A stretch of DNA of 64,000 bases from NCBI GenBank assembly GCA_043228905.1, contig JBHGNT010000001.1, positions 5,952,001 through 6,016,000 on the forward strand, in the 5' to 3' direction. Of the stretch, positions 38,631-53,114 are shown piece after piece; position 1 is the first letter of the stretch; every line of letters starts with the position of its first letter. The notes beneath the pieces were generated by a model, which worked only from the letters and a program-made list of their open reading frames with translations, was not told the origin of the DNA and did no database searches. The stretch comes from Azolla caroliniana. Its lineage: Eukaryota > Plantae > Polypodiophyta. The translations under genes and the position numbers were made by a program.

Positions 38631-39682
38631 AGTTTGACTATATGTCCCATCATGGGACAATGACCTTGGATTTCTCAATACCATGATGCATTTCTACTCA
38701 AGCATTGGAAATCAGCTAGATGTAGGCCAAATGTTGTTGAAAATTGTCCAAGTTTTCGCTAGGGTTTGCATTTGTTAAGAAATAAGTTATGCTCGGGCTT
38801 AACTAAAGATAGGATTGTGGACCTCGATGATCGTTGTGGTGATAGAAATGAAACTACATTCATTGCTCCACAATCTTTTCGATGGAAACTAAATTCTTCA
38901 TTTTTGTGGGATTATGCAAACGCTCATGATGCATTTCCAATGAGTTTTGTATACTACCATCTTTGAGCAGGAGTTTAGCAGATAGGTTGGGCGAACAAGC
39001 GTTAAGCCCTTGGACTTGTTGGACCATCATAGAGGAATATGAATCACATGGATAAAAAAATATGTTGTCAATTTATGAATTTCCTCCATGCTTGATACCA
39101 CATCAAGGATCCAATTGGTCTCGCATTAGAAAACATAAGTTTACCAATTAAACTCATATGGTGGATTTGTGCGTTATGTACCATTACAATATTGGGAGGA
39201 GTTGTTACACCCAAAAGAGTCTCAAAGCAAGTTTGGTTCACCATAGAGATAAAATGAGGACCATTCAAATAGACGGTGGGTTTTTATAAAGATTCCTTAA
39301 ACATAGAGGCATGTACAAAGGAAATACATGTCGTGATGTGGTGGGTCCAAAGGTGAAAAAAAGTTAAAAAAGGAGAGGGGGGATAACCACATAAATACGA
39401 TTATGCATATTGTGGTGGTCACATGGACCACACCTAGATTAGGCCCCTACCAAGCCTCATGCACCACACCCAAACTAGGCCCCCACCAAGCCCCATAATT
39501 AGTAGAGCTAATTGGAGCGGGAGAACACCCTCCACGCTAAGAGAGAGTCTATAAAATGTAACTTGAGGCATAATGAAAAGGGGGCGATTCTTGAGAGCAT
39601 TTCACATCTTGAGCATTTCACATCTTGGTGGAGAAGACGGGCCAAGCCACCCCAACTCACGACCCCAACAACGCCCGCCACG

Positions 39683-40633
39683 ATGCAACACGACAACAAC
39701 GACGGCAACGCAAACTCGATGAATCCGGAATTCCTACAACACAATCAAGGACACCAGCCCACATCGCCAATCGACCAACTGGTTCAAGCTCTGTCCAACA
39801 TCATTTTACAAGTTAACCATACTAACCAAGCCATGTTGTCCTTTCTTTCAGCACGATCCGAGCCACAACAAAATCTCCCGGACTCTCGAGTTAGCCCAAA
39901 ACCATTCTCCGGCCTACCATCGGAAGACGTCCTCTCTTGGCTGGATCATTTCGAAATGGTGGCCAGTTACCACCAGTGGCCACACCCTCGGAAGGCAATG
40001 CAGATGAAGACACTCCTCGAGAATATCGCGGCAACATGGCTTGTACAACAACCCGAAGAGACACGCAACGACTGGGATCTGTTACGGGCAGCCATGATTC
40101 GGAATTTTGCTCATCAAGACTCCCGCCAGACGGCCCTACAACAACTTGAGTCAATTACCCAACAACCACGCGAACCCATCACCCAGTTCGCGGTTCGTTT
40201 TGTGCAGATCCTACGCCGGGCTGACGCCAACATGTCGGAGGACATGAAGTTGTTTTTTTTCTGGCCGCGTATACGACATGACCTCCGCCGCCGTGTACGC
40301 GATCAAGGCCCGACCACACTACACGAAGCCATCCTCACTGCCCAACGCATCCAAGCTGCAGACGCGCACGACATGCACACACCAGGTAATCTCAGTCATG
40401 ATCATACAAACACTATACCAGCCGTCACTCCCATGGACATCGACATCCAGAACGCGCAATTACGTGCCAAGCGTGCATTGCCCGAACGAGACAGCCAGGG
40501 ACGCCCCAAATGTTTCTACTGCAACAACTATGGTCACATTCGGCGTCACTGCCGAAAGTGGCAGAATCACCAACAGAAGCAGAACGTCCAATTGGCTGAC
40601 GCTGCCTCCCTCTCTGAGCTCCCGGAAAACTAA
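39683..40633 (+). CDS. Gypsy Gag
   Basis: ATG at 39683. PKPFSG...WL, PMDID motif, CCHC knuckle CFYCNNYGHIRRHC. Ends PEN*. Confidence 0.9.
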   Translation: MQHDNNDGNANSMNPEFLQHNQGHQPTSPIDQLVQALSNIILQVNHTNQAMLSFLSARSEPQQNLPDSRVSPKPFSGLPSEDVLSWLDHFEMVASYHQWPHPRKAMQMKTLLENIAATWLVQQPEETRNDWDLLRAAMIRNFAHQDSRQTALQQLESITQQPREPITQFAVRFVQILRRADANMSEDMKLFFFWPRIRHDLRRRVRDQGPTTLHEAILTAQRIQAADAHDMHTPGNLSHDHTNTIPAVTPMDIDIQNAQLRAKRALPERDSQGRPKCFYCNNYGHIRRHCRKWQNHQQKQNVQLADAASLSELPEN

Positions 40634-43600
40634 TGCGCGGGGTGCCGCAGGGAGAGCCGCCCCCGCACGTCCACGTCTCCACGTCCTCAACTTCTCCCGT
40701 TTCTCCCACGATCGAGCCGCCCCCGCACGTCCACGCCTCCATTTCATCAACTTCGCCCGTTTGTACCACAATCGCCCGCCTCCAGCACACGACCCAAGAA
40801 GTTCTCCTCGACTCCGGCAACAGCATCTCTTCCATCAGCGCAGATTTAGTCACCCAATTACAACTTCCCACGAGCCACGCACCGCCCATTAAAATCCTCT
40901 TCGGCGACCAACAACGGGTGTACCACTCACATACGCAAGTCAGGTGCATGCTCACCATTAGTTCCGCCCAGATCCACCATCGTTTCTACGTCCTCCCGCG
41001 CCAGTTGTTCCCAATCACCTTGGGATGTGATTGGTTCCTCCATAGTCGAGCCTGTCTCGATTTCTCCGCACAACAGCTCATCCTCCCAAATCACATTCCG
41101 ATCGCGCTCTTCACTACTCCGCGGGATACCACCCACATCAGCAACACACAGTACCTGATATCACCGGCGGAGCGCATCAACGACATCAGACGGCTCCTCG
41201 CCACCTTTCCCTCGTTGTCTACACCACCTGTAAAACCTCCCTCGGTCCGTTTTCCGATTCACCACACGATTCCTACAGGCAACGCCCGCCCCATCAACGC
41301 AGCTCCCCAACGTCGCTCGCCTATCGACCACGAGCGCATCGACAACGCCGTCAAAACTATGCTCCAACAAGGGATTATCACACCTTCCAAGAGCGAGTGG
41401 ATCTCGGAGCCACACATGGTAAAGAAAGGGGATGGTTCTTACCGCTTTTGTGTCGACTTCCGACAATTGAACCATGTCACCACCCATGACCGATACCCTC
41501 TCCCTCGTATCGATGACCTCCTCGACCAGCTTGGCAAATCAAAGTACTTCACCTCCCTCGATCTAGCCTCGGGATATTGGCAGATCCCGATGAATCCTCA
41601 CGATGCCCACAAAACTGCATTCCGCACTAGGAAAGGCATTTTTCAGTTCACACGGATGCCCTTTGGCCTATCTGATGCGGGGAGCACATTCCAGCGAATG
41701 GCTAATGCCATCTTCGATGATCTCATCACCCGCTGTGTCGTCATCGTCTATCTAGACGATATTCTGGTACATACAAGCACTTGGGCAGAACACCTTCAAG
41801 TCCTTCGGGAGGTCCTAACTTGTGTTCAACGCTATCGATTGCAGCTGCAATGGAAGAAGTGCCGATGGGGTAGTACGTGCCTCCGCTTCCTTGGGTACGT
41901 CATCTCCTCCGACGGAATACAAATGGACCCGGAGAAGACAGAAGCAGTCCAAAAATTCTCACGCCCCACCACAGTCAAGCAGCTTCAATGCTTCCTCGGC
42001 CTCCTCACGTTCTCTCTTCGTTTCATCCCACGGCTAGCCGACCTATCAGCCCCACTACGCGCGCTCCTACAAAAAGACGCACCCTTCCTGTGGACCGAAG
42101 CCTGCGAATCCAGCTTCCTGCAGCTCAAGAGAACACTCCAAGCCTCTGACCTCCTGGCCCACCCTGATTTCACGAAGCCTTTCCATCTGCAGACGGATGC
42201 CTCCAATGTCGGCCTTGGTGCGGTCCTGCTCCAATCCGACGACAATGACCAACTCCGCCTGATTGCCTACATCAGTCGGTCACTTACCAAAGCCGAACAA
42301 AATTACTCGACAACTAAAAAAGAGTTCCTCGCCATCGTCTGGGCATTCCATCGTTTCCACCCATACCTTCACGGATCAAATACATCAGTCGAAACCGACC
42401 ATCAGCCATTGCTCTCCCTCATAAAGAAGGCTCATCCACCCGGCCGCTTACTTCGTTGGGTTTTGGCGCTACAGGATTACACATTCACTCTGCGCTATCG
42501 CCATGGTCCACAAAACATCGTCGCTGATGGATTATCCCGCATATCCTTTCAGGCGAACCAGATCACCTCCAACACAATCGATTTCCCCATATCCTCGTCC
42601 CAAATGGCCAACATGCAACAACACGACAAACAAATCCAAGATATCTGCCACCGCCTACGAGCTGAACCGACATCATCCCTCACCAAGCAATTCATAATCC
42701 AAGATAATTTCCTACTTTTTTGTCAAGTAGGCAAAGAACCCCGAGTCTACGTGCCTGAGCAACTACGCCAGTCTTACCTTCGTTTCTTCCACGATCACCC
42801 GTTGTCCGGCCACTTGGGTTTTCATAAGGTGCTCGACAAAATTCATCGCGAATTCTATTGGCCTGGGCTACGCCACGAGGTCGCCTCCTACATCAAAGCA
42901 TGCAACTTATGTCAGGCCATCAAATCACCTCAAGTGGCTCAAGGCCTCTTACATCCGATACAAGTTCAAGCTCCATTTGAAATCGTCGGATGGGACATTA
43001 TGGGCCCCTTTCCCGAGTCACAAGGAGGGAACAAATTCATCCTCGTCATCACCGAGTACTTGACGCGTTGGGCTGAGACGGCCGCTATCCCAGATGCAAA
43101 GGCTATGACCATCGCCTCCAAACTATTGGAGAAAATCATCTTCCCCCACGGTTGCCCACTCCAAATCTTGTCCGATCGAGGACCCCAGTTCAACGGTGAG
43201 CTCCTACGCCTCGTTTCAACACAACTAGGAATCCAACAGGTATTCACGTCACCCTACCATCCGCAAACGAATGGGTTGACGGAGCGCCTCAATCGAACCT
43301 TAAAACAACAAATCTCAGCCTACATCGATCCGCTGCACTCAACCTGGGACCGAATCTTGCCCTTCGTTACGCATGCCTACAACACAACTGTGCAAGCCTC
43401 TACCCGCATTAGCCCATTTCGGGCCCTTTACGGAAGGGACCCGCGCTTACCCCCAGAAGTGGCAGTCCCGCAACCAACCACACGACTCCACGCTGACGCA
43501 GTGTCTTGGTGGTCCCACCTACAACAACTCCAGCCCCTCCTCCGCAAAGCCATCACGAGCAACCTGCACCAGGCACAACTACGCCAAAAACTACAACACG

Positions 43601-43917
43601 ATATAGGCCGTGTCGACCATCAATACCACGTCGGTGACAAAGTCCTCGTCTACTTCCCCATCCGTCGTCGCGGTCTCAGCGAATCGCTCATGCACTGATG
43701 GATCGGTCCCTTCGAAGTTCAAAAGCAGATACACGACACTACATACCTGCTCCGCCGCGCCTCCAACAACCGCTCTACCTTTGTTCACCAGTCTCGCATG
43801 AAGCCCTTCCATCAACTACCACCGCCCCCACCCACACTCATGCCTACGCCCACGCCCGTGTCATCCCCCCGTCTGGAACCGTCGTCCACGCCTCGTCGCG
43901 CTTTGACTGCACAATAA
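40633..43917 (+). pseudogene. Gypsy Pol (-1 frame relative to gag), one premature stop near the integrase C-terminus
   Basis: PR LLDSG, RT YLDD, RH TDAS, IN HDHPLSGHLG...CNLC plus DDE core. TGA at 43696 (likely CGA) interrupts before the WIGPF (GPY/F) motif and the frame stays open to TAA at 43917. No chromodomain visible. Confidence 0.92.
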
Positions 43918-44622
43918 CTTTTTTTTTTTACAAGGGGGAATTGTGGTGGTCACATGGACCACACCTAGATTAGGCCCCTACCAAGCCTCATGCACCACAC
44001 ATAGACCACACCCAAATTAGGCCCCTACCAAGCCTCATGCACCACACCCAAACTAGGCCCCCACCAAGCCCCATAATTAGTAGAGCTAATTGGAGCGGGA
44101 GAACACCCTCCACGCTAAGAGAGAGTCTATAAAATGTAACTTGAGGCATAATGAAAAGGGGGCGATTCTTGAGAGCATTTCACATCTTGAGCATTTCACA
44201 ATATGTATATACATTATATTATAATAATGAAAGGTTTATAGCCAAATAGTTAAGGCTATAAAATTGTAAGTAAAAATGGTTAGAATTCAATTCTTAGTGA
44301 GACCATAAGGGAGTAAACCTTTTACATGTTTCTATCACTATAAAAAGGGAATAGGAGAGCACATGGGGGTCTTCGAGGTTTTGGGGTGTTTGAAGGTTGG
44401 GAGAGGACTTTCATTTTTTGCGTTTAGGGTTTTGTCATTTTCTACTTCTTACGTGGAGTTTATGGTTAGGAGAGTGTTGAGTGTGAAAGTGGAGTTTGGA
44501 CCACCTCATCTCCATTTTCTTTTATTTTTAGTTTGGGATCTTCTCCTTTACTGAGCTATTGTTACATGTCAGGTGAGCATGAATGAAAGAAGTTGGGACT
44601 CACCAGTCTAAAGTTGGGACTT

Positions 44623-45225
44623 ACCGGTCTAACCTTCATTGCCACCATTACAAACACTTATGATAATCACTATTGTGATTATTGTGTTATAACCCTTAAT
44701 TTGAGAATGGATTTTATAAATCAAATGTCAGTTTCTTGTGCCCCCATTCCTGCATGGGGTTCATGTTCCAAGAGAGACAAAGAGAGCCCACATCAACAAG
44801 AGGCAGCGTTGAACACAGGCAAGCTCATTGAAGACTACGAAGCTTTGGATCCTTATTGTTAGCGTAAACCAGTCTAACCTTCATTACCACCATTATAAAC
44901 ACTTATCATAATCACTATTATGATTATTATTGTAAGCGTAATCGGTCTAACCTTCATTACCACCATTATAAACACTTACCATAATCACTATTGTGATTAT
45001 TATTGTTAGTGTAACCGGTCTAACCTTCGTTACCACCATTACAAACACTTATCATAATCACTATTGTGATTATTATTGTTAGCGTAACTGGTCTAACCTT
45101 CATTACCACCATTATAAAACACTTATCATAATCACTATTGTGATTATTATTGTTAGCGTAACCGGTCTAACCTTCGTTACCACCAATATAAACACTTATC
45201 ATAATAACTATTGTGATTATATTGT
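44623..45225. repeat. 73-bp minisatellite (about 5 tandem units from about 44868 plus one upstream unit at 44623)
   Basis: Unit accggtctaaccttcattaccaccattataaacacttatcataatcactattgtgattattattgttagcgta, starting near 44868, 44941, 45014, 45087 and 45161. Confidence 0.93.
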
Positions 45226-46391
45226 AATCACGGTTCATGTTCCAAGTGCGAGAGACAAAGAGAGCCCTTTGTAGTGTGTATGTATTATGTAATGTGGTGA
45301 TTCTGGAGGGGTATTTTGGAAATGGGCGTTCCATTTATCATATTTACATGCATATTACATGTCTTCTCTTGGCTTTTGTCTCTCTGCCTGCCGGCCTATA
45401 CTAATCGTTTCAAAATCGGGTCCCCTGCTTGGCGTCTCAGGTGGGTCTTCTTTCCCCCCCCTTCCCCTGATCCCCATTCAACCCTTCATTTCAATGCCCC
45501 TTGTCACTACTTCCTCTCCTCCTGCCTTCGTATTTCTGTATAATTCATCTTGTGTTTTCTTTTTTGTATCTTATCGGTTAAAGCTTCTCTTCATCTCCAT
45601 ACCTTTCTTGAGATATACATTACAATTTACATACATTCCTTTGCTTTATTTTGATTTGAGTTGAATGCTGCTTTGATCCCTCAATTGGGTTCGTTTACTT
45701 GTGCCATAAATTGTTTAAGAAAAGTGGGGCGGCCCCCGATTTTGTAATAGGATGAGGTGTTTTTATTAACGATTCCCTCTTCTATTGTTTGGATCATATG
45801 TGATCTGTCTTTATTCATCCCTTCAAACCAGGAATGTCTGTGTTAACCAAGAAAAGAAAGATGTATTGGAAAGACTAGATTTGGGAGAGAGGTGTTTGGG
45901 ATTCAAGAATTAAAGAGATGTATGTATATGCTTGTCTTCCATTGAATGTTGAGAAATTTCTGTGCAGAAAAGTTGGTTGCAAGGTCAGGACGATGTTGTC
46001 ATCATGAACAACAAATCATATGGCACATTTTACTTTGAATGAGGTTGGGAACCTCTCAAAATTCTAGCCCCGCCCCAATTTGTGAAGATGAAAATTCTGC
46101 TAAAAAACTATTATAGCAAGATCAACATTCTTCAAATTACAATTTTATATCTGTTGATATGGTTCATGATCCATGAAGCAAAACTACAATTTTTAACTAT
46201 AATCTGCCACATTCTTTTGGGAAAAATGAAAGTTGGTTTGTCTTCAAAATAAGTATTAGATAAATTTACATTAGAACCAATGACCAACTAGATAAAACCT
46301 CGTTCAAATTACAATAAATTACATGTTAATTTTCTAGAGAACTAATTGTGATCTATTTTTGTTTAGTATCAAAATCATTACATCAATCGAT

Positions 46392-48600
46392 ATGACAATG
46401 CTTGAACCCTCAAGTCTTAAAAAAGATCACGATCTTGGAATTGAGCAATATTGGAAAATTCATGATCGTCTATCAAACAAAGAAGGTTTTCACCATAACA
46501 TTTATTGGATAACCGGGGATCAGTATCGTGGTTATTGGAAGCACAACAAAAAGGATGGTAATACACCTTGCACTACAACAATAATATTAAACATCATAAC
46601 TCTAATATATATGTGGGGCATGTGGTTTTTGGTAGGTGACATAGTTTTAAGGAACCTCATAACTTACAATAAAAAAATTTGGACATTTTCATCAATCTAA
46701 AGATGTATGAAAGTCTTTAGTCAGCATTACCCAAATTTTAGAAAATCAAGCATTACCCAAAATTTACATGATATTCAATATAAACAAGAATCTTTTATAT
46801 TGTGTACAACTGGGGAGCTCGAATGTCATAGACACTCATAGATGAACCTAGTTATGAAACACTAAACCCTACATTCTTTCATGTCATAGCCACTCACAAA
46901 ATAAAGGGAATGGTTAATATAAATTAACATGTTACCTTTCTCTTATTTTCATGTCAAACTCGTCCATATTAGTTATTTCCAACATAAAATTTCTATACTT
47001 AGAAATGTAACTCTTGAGTTAACGATCTCCATTCTTCCCTGAGTCTATAAGGCTCATTTGGTGGGATGAAATACTCCCGCATCTTTAGCTTGTTTTGATT
47101 CACAATTCCCCTCAATGCTATTTCTACATGGTGGACTATGAATATATGATGTTCCCATGTTAAGTTTAATATGTTTTATTCTAGTAAAGTACTACAGAAG
47201 ACAACAACATACTATTGTGTGCCTTTTTTAGGTAGTGGAATACATGTATATAGAAATGGAAATAGATACGAGGGAGAATGGAGAAATGGTAAGAGAGAAG
47301 GGCAAGGTACCTTTTGGGTTGCTAAAGAGGGACGATATAAAGCAATGTATAGGGGCACTTGGAGATCTGGAAAATGGCATGTAAGTAGAATTGGTTTATT
47401 CTTTCTAGATAAAAGAACCAACACTACTTTAGTTGGAAACCATGTCTGTATAATCGATATAAATCAATACCATGTACTATCTATATCTATCTTTGCTCTA
47501 AAGACCTTATATTTTAACGAATTCGTAACTTGTATTTTTTGTAGGGGAAAGGCATATTGTATGGTGACAAAGGTGAGGTGTACGAAGGTGAATTTGAATA
47601 TGGGAAACGAACAGGTGTCGGAAAGCAAACTTATTGGTGTGAAGAGTTCAATGCATTTGAAGTTTATGTCGGACAATGGTTGAACGATAAGCGTGAAGGA
47701 AGTGGTATCCTATACCTGGGTATGTATGCAAAATGCAAGTGTTATGTGCCAAAGGACAAACATGTTCAATTGTAACTTTCACATATTACTTTCATGATCA
47801 TCATCGGAAAATTGCAAGGAAACATGATTTTTTACAAGCATTTTCGATGAATAATGAAAACACTTAAGAAGAGTGGATATACCATATACCACCATATGAC
47901 TCTAAGCACTCTGCAACATTTGAAGCTTGGCATACCCATTTCCTCAACCCTGGAAAAACCTAGAAGAGATTGTAGCCATGGATATGTACTCTTTTAAGCA
48001 CATTCACGTCCATCAAACGTGTTAGGGCCACATCTTGTTGATTGCTACCATGCAGAGTAAGTAATCTATGGAGTGTGTATATAGGAGCATCATGTTGGTT
48101 ACAAACCTTTCGGAATGTGCTCCCTTTTAGGTCGGTCCCTATCCATGTCTGTGAAGCAAACTCGTCTTTATTTGATTCTGATAAAGGTAAAGATAACTCA
48201 AGTTGAGATATCCCAATTATCTGTGGTTTTGAATTATCTTCCTTTAAATTCTGGTCATGAGATGTACATGTTTTTATTCATTAATTAATGTGTGTTGTTG
48301 ATGCCAAATGATCTTTCAATTGTTGATTAATTGGCATCAGTTGATGGTGATCGCTATGAGGGAGCATTCTCAAACGATAAGCGAGCAGGCAAGGGTATCC
48401 TCTTCTATAGGGATGGAGGTTCTGTATATGAGGGCCTCTGGCATGATGATAAGGCGATTTGTGGCACATACAAGAAACTACTCGAGACAAATCAAGAAAC
48501 CATTCCTCTTTTGGAAGTCGCAAAGTCAGATACACTAGCTGATGATATATTAAATGAGTCAATTGCTAGCATTGAAGCTCCATGTAACAAGCCACTCTGA
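46392..48600 (+). CDS. MORN repeat-containing protein, MORN3-like, 4 coding exons
   Basis: Exons 46392-46557, 47232-47380, 47545-47719, 48341-48600 in phase. Tandem MORN repeats (YRGYWKHNKKDG, YEGEWRNGKREG, YEGEFEYGKRTG, YEGLWHDDKAICG) and a C-terminal IPLLEV motif. Confidence 0.85.
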
Positions 48601-51048
48601 TCCTGTTTGAATATAATATATCTACAGATTATTTGAAGGTTGCAACAATTTCAACTCATTATATTATGGCCGGGAACTGACAAATTGACCAAAAATTATG
48701 GAAATTTGTATATCATTCATAAGAAGTTTACTGATAATAAGTCTTCTTTCCAATGATTGACGACTTATTTTCATAAAAAAACATGAAATTTCCAAGCGCA
48801 GCCTAGCAATCCATTCAATACATTTCTTTATTTTATTGTTAAGGAGAAGCGATCAGATGTAAGAATAAAATATGTCATGATATACATCTGTAATGTGAAA
48901 CGAAATAAATGAGATGCTGTTTTTCTCTTCTAAAATATGTGGGAAATGAAAAGCAAACCTTGTAGAGCTACGCTAAAACCATACAAACACACAACATATT
49001 CTTTGCGATAAAAAAATTCTTTAAATTTCAGAAACCCATTAATTAGGATAGCCAGCGTAAGACAAGACGATGCCATGCAATTTGATTGAACATTAGGAAG
49101 GACGATGCTAGTTCTTAGGATTTACAAACATGGGATATTGTACTACACTTCTCGATGCATCAAACAGTATTTTTCATGTTTTCTAGAATGCCAAGAATGT
49201 TGATTATACAGAAACAATTCAGCTTTACTGCAACGTTTGTTCATCTCTTTTATTATTTGGAGTTGTAGTTCACGTCACATCTTAATTATAGCAGGACATA
49301 GGTTTTGTAAGGCATTATATGTAGGAGAAGATGAGGCATAAGAGGCAGTTATAGAAGAACTTATGTTCAAAGAACCAATCTTCCATAGAACTTATATGAT
49401 CTTCCCAATAGTTTCCATCAAACAATGCAACAAGTAATACATTTGGGATATTGGGTTCTCATGATTTTCTCTCGCTATTTGGAGTACAAAGCTAATTATG
49501 AGACCTTCTAGGGTCGAACAATGATCTTTAAAGTAAATTGGTTGGGAAGTTGTGATCAAACAACATTTCAGTAACCTCATATGGATTTTATAATGTGGGC
49601 TTAAAACAAATTGGTTAATACACAATAGGCCACTGAAACTGCTATATATTGGTCTATTGAGGAGAGTATTTGTAGCTCGGGCATGTGACCTGGTTAGAGC
49701 TCATGGTTTATGTGCCTGAATTACTTCATAGATATATTAGTCGCTTGCATTCCATGTCAAAATCTTGTGATTATGACCAAACCACCATGGCATACAATGT
49801 CACGCTCATGGTTCATGTCCTCCGAAGCACATGTTCCATTTCATTGAGATGTCATTAAAGCATACGATTACAAAACTGACATGATTATGAGCTGGAACTG
49901 CCTCAGATACAGCTGACCATCAAATACAAATAATAAAAGTTTCTGCATTCCAACAAACTAAGAGATGAATAAGAAAATACTATGCTATCTAGTTGCTAGA
50001 CTTTAAACCATTGTGAGGAAGAACAGGAATTCGGTTTTAATCTCTGTGTTATGGGCAGCTAGTAGAATCCAAGAACACAAACTTTTAGCTTGTAACCAAT
50101 GAAAGACTTGCATGGCGACTGCAAGTCTGAACAATATACTGCCTTCATATGCACTCCAGGCTAGAAGAAGATTATAAGATATCAATTGAACCAGAACTAT
50201 AGTCACATCTTATACACTCACAGATTAGGCTGAATCCTGTCTATCAAACTCAATATCCAGAAGACAATATAAATGATTACAAATTACAATAAAAGAAATC
50301 TGCAATAAAACCTTTGGATCCTCACTGAGATGGATGATTATTGAGGCATTCCGACAGGCTCCTTGCTGAGGTGGTTGACATATTCTTATTGTTGCGGTGC
50401 CCAACAAGTTCTTCTTTTTCTTTACCCTTCTTATCTAGCACTTGGGATTCCCAATTCTATGTGTACATTAGAGATTTACAAACAGAGGATGAGCAAGTCC
50501 ATGTAGGAGGACATGCATCCTACAAGCCCAAAACACGCCTCTTTCTTTACTCTTCTTAGTTAGCATCTGGGCTTCCCAATTAAGGACATTAGACACAGAA
50601 ACTCTTCTTTAATCATCTTATTATCCGAGTACATTGGAGACAGACACAAACAGAGAATGAGCAGGTCCGAGCATTATCATGACAGAAGGGATATACGCAT
50701 TACCATGGTTTGATCTCCTAGTAATAGTTAATAATTAGTCCGTTATGTACTGGTTGTTGACACAAATCAAATAATCAACATGGGTAGCCACAAAGATTTA
50801 CATCCATTATCATCATATACCCCATTGAGATGATTTGGACAGTAATGACGTTATACAAAGCATAATTGAACACTGAAATAAAAGACTTCCCACATTGGTT
50901 TTGACATTCTACAAAACGGTGTACTAAAAAACTCCATACTTGCTTTTTGATTCTCTGAAAAATTTAAAAGACTTCAAAATTGGAACATGGAAAAAAATCT
51001 CGAAAGTCATTTCATCAAACATTGCCAAACATATTATAGATCATATAA

Positions 51049-53095
<2,047 letters not shown>

Positions 53096-53105
53096 GGCGA
53101 GAGCA

Positions 53106-53114
53106 AAACCCTAA
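53106..53114. promoter_or_regulatory. Telo-box in the RPL13a leader
   Basis: AAACCCTAA about 11 nt upstream of the ATG, typical of plant translation-machinery genes. Confidence 0.7.

Larger units (their letters stand above)
39411..44200 (+). mobile_element. Full-length Ty3/gypsy LTR retrotransposon with short LTRs
   Basis: LTRs 39411-39622 (212 bp) and 43942-44200 (259 bp), TG...CA. 4-bp TSD ATAT. PBS TGGTGGAGA at 39626. T-run plus PPT AAGGGGGAA at 43919-43940. Order gag / PR-RT-RH-IN. Confidence 0.96.

Noticed and set aside
38636-39400. Old gypsy RT relic around the young insertions (also 32750-33290 and 53700-54800)
   Set aside because: Only isolated motif hints (DRNETTFIAP, EIDFVN). Boundaries cannot be supported.
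44868-45225. CRISPR-like array
   Set aside because: Units are contiguous with no unique spacers, there are no cas genes and the context is eukaryotic.
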